32,000 bases of DNA from Fastidiosibacter lacustris (GTDB lineage Bacteria > Pseudomonadota > Gammaproteobacteria > Francisellales > Francisellaceae): positions 60,539 through 92,538 of the forward strand of contig NZ_QLIR01000006.1 of NCBI RefSeq assembly GCF_003428155.1, in the 5' to 3' direction. A model generated the notes under the pieces. The model had not been told where the DNA came from and did no database searches. It was given only the letters and a program-made list of their open reading frames with translations. Below are positions 1 to 8,924 of this stretch, piece after piece (the first letter of the stretch is position 1; the number at the start of each line of letters is the position of its first letter). The translations under genes and the position numbers were made by a program.

Positions 1-515
1 CAGGTGAATGGGGTTATGGCATCAATGGTGGTTATCTTTATAATGTAAATGGTACAAATAATTCATTTAACGCTGCTACAAACCTTGGAACAACTAAAAC
101 ACGCATTGGTGCAGTAAACTTTGATGCAAGTCTAAATTACGATGTCTATGGTGTGGGCGCTGGTTGGGCTCAAACGACGAATAAATCTAGTATAACAAAC
201 AACGGTTATGCTGGTGCGTGGTATGTGCAGGCGGGGTTTTCTCCAGAGATCTATGGTCGCTCAACTAACTTTAATATCTCTTATAACGGTTCTTATAACA
301 CAAACGATATTCCAGTCACGCTAAGCGGTAGTGCGGTTAACGAGTATAAGCCCGCTAATGTTGTAGCAGGGGGTGTAAATAAAATGGTTGTAGCATCTGC
401 GCAACGTCCATTCTTTACTGAAAATGTATTGCTTGGTTTGGAGTACGCTTACATGCATATGTACAACAATCAGCATGCTAATGCCTATACGCTAGATATT
501 TCTGTGTATTTCTAA
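1..515 (+). CDS. Outer-membrane beta-barrel (porin-like) protein, C-terminal part; 5' end lies outside the window
   Basis: Frame 3 is open from nt 3 to the TAA at 513-515, so the track's GTG at 153 is internal. The sequence is Gly/Asn/Tyr-rich with alternating beta-strand-like composition. It ends ...AYTLDISVYF, and a terminal Phe is typical of OMP beta-barrels. Confidence 0.6.
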   Translation, partial: GEWGYGINGGYLYNVNGTNNSFNAATNLGTTKTRIGAVNFDASLNYDVYGVGAGWAQTTNKSSITNNGYAGAWYVQAGFSPEIYGRSTNFNISYNGSYNTNDIPVTLSGSAVNEYKPANVVAGGVNKMVVASAQRPFFTENVLLGLEYAYMHMYNNQHANAYTLDISVYF

Positions 516-525
516 TCTAATAGTT

Positions 526-545
526 GTGATCCTTTAAAGGATCAC
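526..545 (+). terminator. Perfect 20-nt palindrome (GTGATCCTTTAAAGGATCAC) just after the OMP stop; possible terminator hairpin
   Basis: Read directly from the sequence, 11 nt after the stop codon. No clear T-run follows, so terminator function is uncertain. Confidence 0.35.
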
Positions 546-758
546 TCTATCAAGATCGATTGCCAATTGTGTTATTGCTTGTAATGCTATTTTGCTACTA
601 AATGCATATCTTAAAATGGGGAAAAATATAAAGAGGAAAGAGCAAAGCAAATGATGAATTGAATCTCACCTGTAACGTGGCAACATATCAATTTCCACTG
701 GAATATATAAGTTTATGTCGAGAAACTCTGCCCCAGATATTGAAGTAATATCAAATTT

Positions 759-1685
759 TTATATGCTTACAGAGTCCGGAATGTAGGAACCAAATAAAGA
801 AAAAATGAAATAGAGTGCGAAAAAACTCACAAAGCCAGCAATTGGCAGAAACGTGACCAAAAAATCTTTATCTAAGCCTTGCTCTTCTGCAAAAATAATT
901 ACCAAAAAACTTGGTGGTAAGCATGCACTAATCAAAATTACCATTTTTGCATAACCGGAAACATCAAAAAGTGAAACAAAAGCAAAAGCAATTCCATACC
1001 CCACTAGCATTTTTACAAATAGTGTCACTATAGACGGAAGCACATGTTTAGGGAAATATATGAAACGATATCCTAGGACAAACATAACCGCAGGTAAAAT
1101 TAGATAACCAACGCTATTTAGCCCTTCGCTCAGGTAATAATTCATACCTCCAAAGATAAAATGTATAAGCAGACCACAAACTACTGAAAGAGGTATTGGA
1201 CCTAAAAAGAAGCTTCGAATAAATTTAAAGGACATGTGCTGCTTCGTGCCATAATAACAAGTAATAAAATAATTGAAGGTAAAAAGAATAATTGCATGTG
1301 TGATATCAAAAACAAAGAAAGTCGGTAGCGCTGGAGATCCATACAACAATAACACCAATGCTAAACCAATACTCCCTCCTTCTAAAGACGAGAAAGCCGC
1401 TACAAAAGAACCAGCTTCTATAGGTTTAATTTTTCTAATCCTAATATAGGCTATTGATACCACAAACAGCCCCAATACAACGCAAACAGTAGCAAGAGGT
1501 AGTAATATTAAAGACGGTGAGATTTTAATGTTCGCCATTGCTGATATAATCATACATGGCAATAGTAGGAAAGAAATACTTTGACTAATCCATTTCAAAA
1601 GTCGTTCAGAAACCCACGCACGCCTGCAACATAAAAATCCCAAAATACCAGCCAATACAGGAATAAGTAAGTTTAAAATTAGCAT
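759..1685 (-). CDS. Polytopic inner-membrane transporter, auxin-efflux-carrier (AEC)-like permease
   Basis: 308-aa ORF that is hydrophobic throughout, with roughly 8-10 predicted helices. The N-terminus MLILNLLIPVLAGILGFLCCRR...L resembles the AEC/Mem_trans family start. It begins 3 nt after the upstream HAD gene's stop. Confidence 0.55.
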   Translation of the reverse strand: MLILNLLIPVLAGILGFLCCRRAWVSERLLKWISQSISFLLLPCMIISAMANIKISPSLILLPLATVCVVLGLFVVSIAYIRIRKIKPIEAGSFVAAFSSLEGGSIGLALVLLLYGSPALPTFFVFDITHAIILFTFNYFITCYYGTKQHMSFKFIRSFFLGPIPLSVVCGLLIHFIFGGMNYYLSEGLNSVGYLILPAVMFVLGYRFIYFPKHVLPSIVTLFVKMLVGYGIAFAFVSLFDVSGYAKMVILISACLPPSFLVIIFAEEQGLDKDFLVTFLPIAGFVSFFALYFIFSLFGSYIPDSVSI

Positions 1686-1688
1686 TTT

Positions 1689-2393
1689 CTATACCGAGAA
1701 TAATTTATAAAGAATCTCAGACACCCCATACCCTGCGGGTTTTGAAGAGACGTGCCCCTTTCTATCGTACACTACTTTTTGTACGTCAGTTTTCGCATTT
1801 GAAACGGTACAAGGTATAATTCGACTGTCAGCGAGGAGTCCTATGTCATTTTCACCATCCCCCACATAGTAGATTTCAGCATCTTGCGGCAAATATTGGA
1901 GCAAATTCACTTTATCTATTCTTGGCGGAACGACGTCTAAACCGCCATCGCCATCTGGGTAGGAATAGACACAAAGGTTCCATCCTTCGTCACTAATAAA
2001 GTCTTTGATTTTTTTCTCAGCTATCAAGACTTGAGAACCAAATTTTTTAGACCAAATAGATCGCTTTGGCTCTTCTCTGTAGGGAGGTAAATTTAATTGA
2101 CCAATTTTTGCTTGAAAAGCTGATAAATCTGCGTTAGCAGGCTGTACGTAATCAATTTTGTCAGAGGGTATAACAATATGCCCGCCATTTTCCGCACAAA
2201 TCATCCATGTATTAAGTTGAATATTAGCAGCAATTTCCTTTAGCAAGGGATAATCCTTTCCAGAGGCAAGAAATAATTTTACGCCGATTTCTTCTAATGC
2301 CACAAATTGTTGCATTAATTTTTCTGGAATTGGGTATCCAGGCATTTCAAGCGTTCCATCACGATCAAATCCCACATAAATATTATGCAACAT
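1689..2393 (-). CDS. HAD-superfamily phosphatase (Cof/HAD-IIB-like)
   Basis: Motif I is FDRDGTL near the N-terminus and motif IV is GDGENDIGLL near the C-terminus. A cap-sized insertion lies between them. 234 aa. Confidence 0.75.
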   Translation of the reverse strand: MLHNIYVGFDRDGTLEMPGYPIPEKLMQQFVALEEIGVKLFLASGKDYPLLKEIAANIQLNTWMICAENGGHIVIPSDKIDYVQPANADLSAFQAKIGQLNLPPYREEPKRSIWSKKFGSQVLIAEKKIKDFISDEGWNLCVYSYPDGDGGLDVVPPRIDKVNLLQYLPQDAEIYYVGDGENDIGLLADSRIIPCTVSNAKTDVQKVVYDRKGHVSSKPAGYGVSEILYKLFSV

Positions 2394-2500
2394 AGCGTCT
2401 CCTTAATGTTAATTTTAAAATATCTGCTTTAATGCCGGTCACAGAATAGTACCTGATAAAGTACTTTTTGTGTTCTATATGTAATTTTTGTTATTTCTTT

Positions 2501-3697
2501 CTACTTTGTAAATGCCACAGAATCTCTTAAAAATAAAGATTCTTTGCGAGGGCTATCTTGAGTAATATGATTTAATGCAATTTTCCTATTGTTGTAGTGC
2601 GACAGAAGGAACTCCTGTTTGCCAAGCACAGGCGCTTGATTTGTCATTTTTACGCAACGGACAATCTCTTTTGCCGCTTCGAAAGCAAGACTTAGTTTTG
2701 TAGGCCACACACCAAGAATTCCTGGGGTTACTTGGTATATGTATGCTTGATTAGGTCGACCACCTTGCCCCAAGTCACTACTTTCTATTTTTGTGGCATT
2801 ATATACAAAAGCGGTTAACCCAGACAGTCCTTTCAATAAAGGGAAAAGCCTAAAGAGTGATTGAATCTGTTGATTGAGATGGGATTTATCATTTGTATCG
2901 TCTTGCTCTGTTTCAATAACAGGATCAGTTCCAAACGTATACAACCAGTAAATCTTATTGCCTTTGTATTGTGGCACAATAAACATTTTCAACCCTGGAA
3001 ATAGTACACTCAGATTTGGCAAATTTCCCTCTAGAACAAGTACCTGACAGCGTCTTTTTTGCATATTTTGAGGTATTTTCCCAGGGATGTCGATCAAATC
3101 TACCAAGGCATCGTTACCAGAACCAGCGCATAAAATAACATACTTGGCTTCTATTTTCTTTTGTTGCTTATTATTTACCAAAATTACCTCATGCAGCCCA
3201 CTAGAGCTTTCAGTAATTTTAGTGATGTTACCAACAATAAATGAATGAGTAAGTTCAAGACTGAGTCTATCTATCAATGATTGACCACTAAATAACATAT
3301 GGGGAAATTGATAAAAAGTGTTGCAAGCACTTCTTGCTAAGACATCAGGAACTCTTTTAGTCCTTTCAAAAGGGATAGATGCCCCGCGCCAAGAATCCAA
3401 CCACATAGCCTCATCATCAACAGAATTAAATCCAATATAAGATTGATTCACTGTTGTTTTTAACTGCAACTCCTGAAGTAGCGACTCCCAATGTTGATAG
3501 GTGTTATTTAGAGTACGAGCAAAATCTACCTCTCGGTAGAAATGACCTCGATGCAAATAAAATTGTGATCTAAGTGTCTGCATTCCACCGATATGTTCAT
3601 TTGTAACACATAGCACAGAAGCTCCTTCTGATCTGAGTTTTTTTGTAAGAATTAATCCTTGTATTCCTGCACCTACCACAACGACGTCAACTTTCAT
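2501..3697 (-). CDS. FAD-dependent oxidoreductase (DAO-like)
   Basis: The N-terminus has a Rossmann dinucleotide-binding motif, MKVDVVVVGAGIQGLILTKKL. The length of 398 aa is typical for the family. No specific substrate can be assigned. Confidence 0.7.
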   Translation of the reverse strand: MKVDVVVVGAGIQGLILTKKLRSEGASVLCVTNEHIGGMQTLRSQFYLHRGHFYREVDFARTLNNTYQHWESLLQELQLKTTVNQSYIGFNSVDDEAMWLDSWRGASIPFERTKRVPDVLARSACNTFYQFPHMLFSGQSLIDRLSLELTHSFIVGNITKITESSSGLHEVILVNNKQQKKIEAKYVILCAGSGNDALVDLIDIPGKIPQNMQKRRCQVLVLEGNLPNLSVLFPGLKMFIVPQYKGNKIYWLYTFGTDPVIETEQDDTNDKSHLNQQIQSLFRLFPLLKGLSGLTAFVYNATKIESSDLGQGGRPNQAYIYQVTPGILGVWPTKLSLAFEAAKEIVRCVKMTNQAPVLGKQEFLLSHYNNRKIALNHITQDSPRKESLFLRDSVAFTK

Positions 3698-4035
3698 AAA
3701 ATCACCCTTCCCCTAATTGTGTAGAAATTTGCTATCCATGAGCTACAAACCGTAGAGTATCCTTGCAATAGGGTTGCTAAAAAATCAGGCGTAGCTCAGT
3801 ATTTGATAATTTACAACCTTTGCTTATTAGCTTGCAAGAACTTTTCAAAATAAGTTATCGAAAGCGTAGGATCTATATTCCAAATCAGGTTAAGAGGGCT
3901 GTTCAAAATCTGACGATGAGGTCGATATTTTAATTGACGGAAGGGACTGGAGTGATTTAGTTCTACGAAGAGAGCTTAAAAAAGAGTTGATTGATCGTTG
4001 TAATGCTGTATATGGGAATATTTTTTCTTTAAATA

Positions 4036-4112
4036 TGGCGGAATGGACGGGACTCGAACCCGCGACCCCCTGCGTGACAGGCAGGTATTCTAACCAACTG
4101 AACTACCACTCC
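4036..4112 (-). tRNA. tRNA-Asp (anticodon GTC)
   Basis: The reverse complement reads GGAGTGGTAGTTCAGTTGGTTAGAATACCTGCCTGTCACGCAGGGGGTCGCGGGTTCGAGTCCCGTCCATTCCGCCA. It folds as a cloverleaf with a CTGTCAC anticodon loop, a TTCGAGT T-loop and an encoded CCA. It is near-identical to the canonical gammaproteobacterial tRNA-Asp. Confidence 0.92.
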
Positions 4113-4121
4113 GCGATTTTA

Positions 4122-4197
4122 TGGTGCCGACACCAGGACTTGAACCCGGAACCTGCCGATTACAAGTCGGCTGCTCTACCAGTTGAGCCATGTCGGC
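4122..4197 (-). tRNA. tRNA-Thr (anticodon TGT)
   Basis: The reverse complement reads GCCGACATGGCTCAACTGGTAGAGCAGCCGACTTGTAATCGGCAGGTTCCGGGTTCAAGTCCTGGTGTCGGCACCA. It has a 7-bp acceptor stem, a CTTGTAA anticodon loop, a TTCAAGT T-loop and an encoded CCA. Confidence 0.9.
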
Positions 4198-4208
4198 AAC
4201 AAGATGGC

Positions 4209-4236
4209 ATTCTATAGGTTTCAGAATATAAGTCAA
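4209..4236 (-). promoter_or_regulatory. Sigma70-type promoter for the tRNA-Thr/tRNA-Asp pair
   Basis: The minus strand reads TTGACT, a 16-nt spacer, then TAGAAT. The -10 element ends 11 nt before the tRNA-Thr 5' end. Confidence 0.5.
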
Positions 4237-4539
4237 CAGGTGAGTTTCAAAAAAAACATAAAAAATTTGAAGTTTAAGATCTCTTTGAAGATCGGAATTA
4301 TTGATGTTAAATTCGAGATTGGGTATAAGTTTTTTTATTTTTTAACGGGTTGTATATGAACAGGAATATCCCTTATAGAAAGTTTAAACACAATCTGGAT
4401 TTCGCATTTTTCAATCTAGCATTTTGGAATGATTGAGATCATACTTTTTAACAAAAAATAATAGTTTACCGAGGCTTTGAAATAGCAGTGCATAGGTATA
4501 TACTTGCTTACGAAAATTTGACAAAAAGGAGGAAATAAC

Positions 4540-5700
4540 ATGGATAACTTTATTTATTACAATCCAACATGCATTTTTTTTGGAAAGGGTGAAATTAAAC
4601 AACTGGCAATAGCAATTGATCGAAAACTTAAGGTATTGCTTGTCTATGGTGGTGGCAGCATTAAAGTTAATCGCGTTTATGATCAAGTCATGAATGCGTT
4701 AAAAGCACATCAAGTTTTGGAGTTTTCAGGGATCGAACCAAATCCTGAATACGAAACTTGTATGAAGGTAGTGGAATATATTCATGTCAATAACGTTGAT
4801 TTTGTTTTGGCTGTTGGCGGTGGTTCGGTAATTGACGCAGTCAAATTTATCGTTGCAGCTGCAAAATTTAAAGGAGATCCTTGGGATATTTTAGCTAAAA
4901 ATGCAGATATCACTGAAGTCTTGCCTTTTGGTTCAGTATTAACCTTACCTGCAACTGGTTCTGAGATGAATAATAATTCAGTCATTTCTCGTCGTGCGTT
5001 CAATAAAAAACTTTTTTTCTCACATGATAAAGTTTATCCCGTATTCTCAATCCTTGATCCAGAAACAACATATACCTTGCCATCAAGACAAGTAGCAAAT
5101 GGAATAGTCGATGCTTTTGTTCATGTAATGGAACAATATTTAACCTACCCACAGAATGCACCTTTGCAAGATAGATTTGCTGAAGGAATCTTGCAAACAT
5201 TAATTGAAGAAGGGCAAAAAGTGCTTATTAACCCTCATAATTACGATGTGCGTGCTAACATTATGTGGGCAGCAGCTCTGGCCTTAAACACACTTATTGA
5301 AAAGGGCGTTAAGACAGATTGGGCAACGCATATGATTGGTCATGAATTAACAGCGATTTATGGTTTGGATCACGCACAAACTTTAGCCATTATTTTGCCG
5401 AATGTAATGAAGTATAAGCGCGAGAAGAAAGCTGATAAACTTGTCCAATATGCTGAACGTGTTTGGGGTGTTGATAAAGCATTATCGAGTGAACAAAAAA
5501 TCAATTTGGGAATAGAGAAAACGCGAGCTTTTTTTGAGAAGATGGGCAATCCTACTACGATCAGTGCATACAGCTTAAGTAAAGGTAAATTCGATGCCAT
5601 TATAGAAAATTTAAGGCAAAATGGCAGATTTCAACTTGGTGAACATCAAGATATTACGCTCGAAGATAGTCGTAAAATCCTTGAAATGAGCTTTGAGTAA
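4540..5700 (+). CDS. yqhD: NADPH-dependent iron-containing alcohol/aldehyde reductase, YqhD-type
   Basis: 386 aa and colinear with E. coli YqhD as I recall it. Shared blocks include NPTCIFFGKGEI, LAVGGGSVIDAVKF, VLTLPATGSE, RQVANGIVDAFVH, NYDVRANIMWAA, DWATHMIGHELTAIYGLDHAQTLAI and LGEHQDITLEDSRKI. An AGGAGG SD precedes the ATG. Confidence 0.88.
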   Translation: MDNFIYYNPTCIFFGKGEIKQLAIAIDRKLKVLLVYGGGSIKVNRVYDQVMNALKAHQVLEFSGIEPNPEYETCMKVVEYIHVNNVDFVLAVGGGSVIDAVKFIVAAAKFKGDPWDILAKNADITEVLPFGSVLTLPATGSEMNNNSVISRRAFNKKLFFSHDKVYPVFSILDPETTYTLPSRQVANGIVDAFVHVMEQYLTYPQNAPLQDRFAEGILQTLIEEGQKVLINPHNYDVRANIMWAAALALNTLIEKGVKTDWATHMIGHELTAIYGLDHAQTLAIILPNVMKYKREKKADKLVQYAERVWGVDKALSSEQKINLGIEKTRAFFEKMGNPTTISAYSLSKGKFDAIIENLRQNGRFQLGEHQDITLEDSRKILEMSFE

Positions 5701-5811
5701 TATTTTTTTGATAACATACTAGTCAGCCCCCTTATTTTTGCTTTAAACTTTTAGTTGGAAAAGTTTAATGAAGCCTTCTGCGAATAACAGAAGAAGCAAA
5801 AAGGAGTTTAT

Positions 5812-6198
5812 ATGACCACAGTGACAAGACCAAAACGAGTGTATGCAGCCATTTGGATGCTCTATGCAGCAAGTATTCTTGGGCTTTTAGATTTGTTGAC
5901 TTCATCAACTTTAATTATTCAGCCTGAGAATTTGATCTGGATTGATGTCATTGCTTATCTTGTAATGATTGGAGCCGCTTTTGTGATTAGTTTAGGAGTG
6001 AAAGCTGCTAAAGTCGTTTATATTATTCTCGCTGTGATGTGGTATTTAGCTCTTATCTTCTACTTGCCTGAACGTTATGGTCATCCGCTTAATTTTTGGT
6101 TGGCGTTTATAGAAATCATCTTGATCATTGCTGCGTTTTATATCTTATACCAACCAAAAGCAATGCGTTGGTTTAAACATGTGAAAGCATCATCTTAA
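5812..6198 (+). CDS. Small hypothetical integral membrane protein (about 4 TM helices)
   Basis: 128-aa ORF with a strong SD (AAAGGAG, 7 nt upstream) and four hydrophobic stretches. I recognise no family. Confidence 0.6.
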   Translation: MTTVTRPKRVYAAIWMLYAASILGLLDLLTSSTLIIQPENLIWIDVIAYLVMIGAAFVISLGVKAAKVVYIILAVMWYLALIFYLPERYGHPLNFWLAFIEIILIIAAFYILYQPKAMRWFKHVKASS

Positions 6199-6385
6199 CT
6201 GCTTTTACATATTTCGTGCTTTTGCTAGATAAGCTTATTGTGTTCACGAGAACGGGACACTCATAGCCACAAGCTAACAAGGTGGTTTGTTTGTCATCGT
6301 GTACAAAACTCATTGTAGCCGACATTGTCAAATCATTCATAACTGATATACTTTTGCTACATTCGTTTATATGGATTTATAAGCT

Positions 6386-7273
6386 GTGCTTACGTTTCAA
6401 GAAATTATATTTAAACTTCAACAATATTGGGCTGAAAAAGGTTGTATGATTGTTCAGCCTTTAGATATGGAGGTCGGTGCAGGCACCTTTCACCCGTCGA
6501 CTTTTTTGCGTGCAATTGGTCCTGAGAGCTGGAATGCAGCTTATGTTCAGCCATCACGCAGACCAACGGATGGTCGTTATGGTGACAATCCAAATCGTGG
6601 GCAGCATTATTATCAATTTCAAGTGGTAATGAAGCCTTCACCAAAGGATTTTCAGGAGTTGTATTTGGGGTCGTTGTGTCTATTGGGAATTGATCCTCTA
6701 GAACATGATATTCGTTTTGTAGAAGACAATTGGGAGTCTCCAACTCTCGGTGCTTGGGGTTTAGGTTGGGAAGTATGGGCAAATGGTATGGAAGTGACGC
6801 AATTTACCTATTTTCAGCAAGTTGGGGGGTTGGAGTGTAAACCCATAACTGGCGAGATCACTTATGGTCTTGAGCGTTTGGCAATGTATTTGCAAAACGT
6901 TGATAGCATGTATGATTTATTATGGGCAAACACTGCAATGGGACCGGTTTATTATCGTGATGTATTCCAGCAAAATGAGCGAGAAATGTCACAATATAAC
7001 TTCGAAGAAGCAGATGTAGAACATTTGTTTAATGAGTTTGAGTTTTTGGAGAAGGAAAGTGCGCGTCTTTTGGAAAAAGGTTTAGCATTACCTGCCTATG
7101 AGATGATGTTAAAGGCCTCACATGCATTTAATATGCTTGATGCTCGCCATGCCATTTCAGCTACTGAGCGACAGCGCTATATCTTGCGTGTGCGTGCTTT
7201 ATCAAGAGCTGTAGCCGAAGTGTATTATAGATCACGTGAAAAACTAGGGTTTCCTGTTTTACAAAATATTTAA
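6386..7273 (+). CDS. glyQ: Glycine--tRNA ligase alpha subunit
   Basis: Highly conserved GlyQ blocks are present: [85 protein letters not shown] and [14 protein letters not shown]. The apparent start is GTG. Confidence 0.95.
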   Translation: MLTFQEIIFKLQQYWAEKGCMIVQPLDMEVGAGTFHPSTFLRAIGPESWNAAYVQPSRRPTDGRYGDNPNRGQHYYQFQVVMKPSPKDFQELYLGSLCLLGIDPLEHDIRFVEDNWESPTLGAWGLGWEVWANGMEVTQFTYFQQVGGLECKPITGEITYGLERLAMYLQNVDSMYDLLWANTAMGPVYYRDVFQQNEREMSQYNFEEADVEHLFNEFEFLEKESARLLEKGLALPAYEMMLKASHAFNMLDARHAISATERQRYILRVRALSRAVAEVYYRSREKLGFPVLQNI

Positions 7274-7337
7274 ATCTTATCCCCATATATCGTCTTTTAT
7301 GGCATCATAGCGAGCAAATTCGCTAAAAGGGACAATT

Positions 7338-8924
7338 ATGTTCATTATCTTCTTAATTCTTGCATTTATAATCGGTTTGACAGTCGGGATCATTGTCATA
7401 AGACTAAGTTCAAAAGAGCTTAAGAACAAACTTAAAATACTTGAGGTTTCAATTGATGATTTAACCAGAACGAATCTGGAAACAGCAGCAGAGCTTCAGC
7501 AAAAAAAAGAACAAAACTTAATACTAAATACCGAGCATAAGCATTATCAAGAACACCAACAAAAACTCATTCAAGAGTTAAGCTTATTTAAGCAAAAATT
7601 TGAAATTAGAAATGATGAAGTCATAAAACTACAAAATAAATCAGCCACTGATGATGCTAAGGCAGATGCTTTAAATTCAGAAGTTTTACGTTTAAAGCAA
7701 GAATTAGTTGAGCTTAAAAAACAATATCAAGAAACGATTGAGCGTGCAAATAATAAACTAGAAGCACTCGGGACAGAAAAGTCAAATTTGCAAGCAGAAG
7801 TATCTAAGCTTGGTAAACATATAGAAGCACAAAGCCAAAGTGCACAAGAGAAAATAACACTATTGGAAAATGCCAAGACAAGCTTAACCGAGCAGTTTGA
7901 AAATTTAGCTAATCGCATTTTTGAAGAAAAAGGAGAGAAGTTTGTCAATCAGAATAAGCTTAATCTTGCGGAGATACTACAACCTTTCAAAAACGATATA
8001 ACTGAATTTAAAAAGAAAGTTGATGATGTATATGTGCATGAAGCAAAAGAGCGTGCTTCACTGCAAAAAGAAGTCAATAAATTATTTGAACTTAATCAAG
8101 AAATGAATAAAGAAGCGAAGAACCTCACCAAAGCTTTAAAAGGAGATAAAAAACTGCAAGGTGATTGGGGTGAGGTGATATTGGAACGTGTGCTTGAATC
8201 ATCAGGTTTACGTAAAAGTTACGAATATGAAGTCCAAAATAGCTATAAAGCACAAGATGAAGAGGATAAAGATGTGCATTTGCGACCTGACGTCATTGTT
8301 CATTTACCAGATGGCAAAGATGTAATTATTGATGCTAAAGTATCACTTGTTAGTTATGAAGCGTACACGCGTTCAGAGTCAGAAGCAATGCGTTTAGAGT
8401 GTTTGAAAAAACATATTGGGGCGATTCGACAGCATATTAATCTATTATCAGATAAAGGTTATGAAGCCTTGTCAAGGCTTAACTCTCTTGATTTTATTTT
8501 GATGTTTATGCCAATTGAAGCAGCTTTTGTTGTTGCATTTCAGCATGATGATGCGCTTTTCCACGAAGCATTTAAAAAACGGATTATCATTGTGACACCC
8601 ACAACTTTGCTTGCTACATTAGGTACGATTAGGAATACTTGGAACTATGAAAGATTAAATAAAAATGCAAGTGAAATTACAGAACGTGCTACTAAGATGC
8701 TTGATAAATTTAGAGGATTTGTTGAGGATATTGAGTCTTTAGGTAAGCAAATTGATAAGTCAAAGGAATGTTATGAGGGTGCACTCAATAAACTCAGCAA
8801 AGGACGAGGAAATTTGATTTCTCAGGCACTACAACTAGAAAACATGGGTGTTCAAATGAGAAAAACGTTGCCTCAAGATATATTGGATCAAGCAGAAGTA
8901 GAACCTAATAATGAAGATAAATAG
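7338..8924 (+). CDS. rmuC: DNA recombination protein RmuC
   Basis: An N-terminal TM anchor is followed by a long coiled-coil and a C-terminal RmuC nuclease-like region. That region contains GDWGEVILERVLESSGL, RPDVIVHLPDGKDVIIDAKVSL and FILMFMPIEAAF. Confidence 0.88.
   Translation: MFIIFLILAFIIGLTVGIIVIRLSSKELKNKLKILEVSIDDLTRTNLETAAELQQKKEQNLILNTEHKHYQEHQQKLIQELSLFKQKFEIRNDEVIKLQNKSATDDAKADALNSEVLRLKQELVELKKQYQETIERANNKLEALGTEKSNLQAEVSKLGKHIEAQSQSAQEKITLLENAKTSLTEQFENLANRIFEEKGEKFVNQNKLNLAEILQPFKNDITEFKKKVDDVYVHEAKERASLQKEVNKLFELNQEMNKEAKNLTKALKGDKKLQGDWGEVILERVLESSGLRKSYEYEVQNSYKAQDEEDKDVHLRPDVIVHLPDGKDVIIDAKVSLVSYEAYTRSESEAMRLECLKKHIGAIRQHINLLSDKGYEALSRLNSLDFILMFMPIEAAFVVAFQHDDALFHEAFKKRIIIVTPTTLLATLGTIRNTWNYERLNKNASEITERATKMLDKFRGFVEDIESLGKQIDKSKECYEGALNKLSKGRGNLISQALQLENMGVQMRKTLPQDILDQAEVEPNNEDK

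Noticed and set aside
3893-3986. Protein-like reading (SDDEVDILIDGRDWSDLVLRRELKKEL) upstream of the tRNA pair; considered as an integrase or gene remnant next to tRNAs
   Set aside because: It is short, has no start or SD, and is continuous with the spurious tRNA-spanning ORF. It has no recognisable family motif, so I cannot distinguish it from chance in AT-rich DNA.
3987-4217. 76-aa plus-strand ORF (MIDRCNAVYG...MAEWTGLEPATPCVTG...)
   Set aside because: It reads straight through the reverse complements of tRNA-Asp and tRNA-Thr. The 'TGLEPAT' and 'QDLNPEP' type peptides are the well-known artefact of translating T-arms. It is not a gene.
4411-4686. 91-aa minus-strand ORF overlapping the yqhD start
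   Set aside because: Its low-complexity Ile/Asn/Phe-rich composition is typical of an antisense frame in AT-rich DNA. It overlaps a confidently called gene and its SD.
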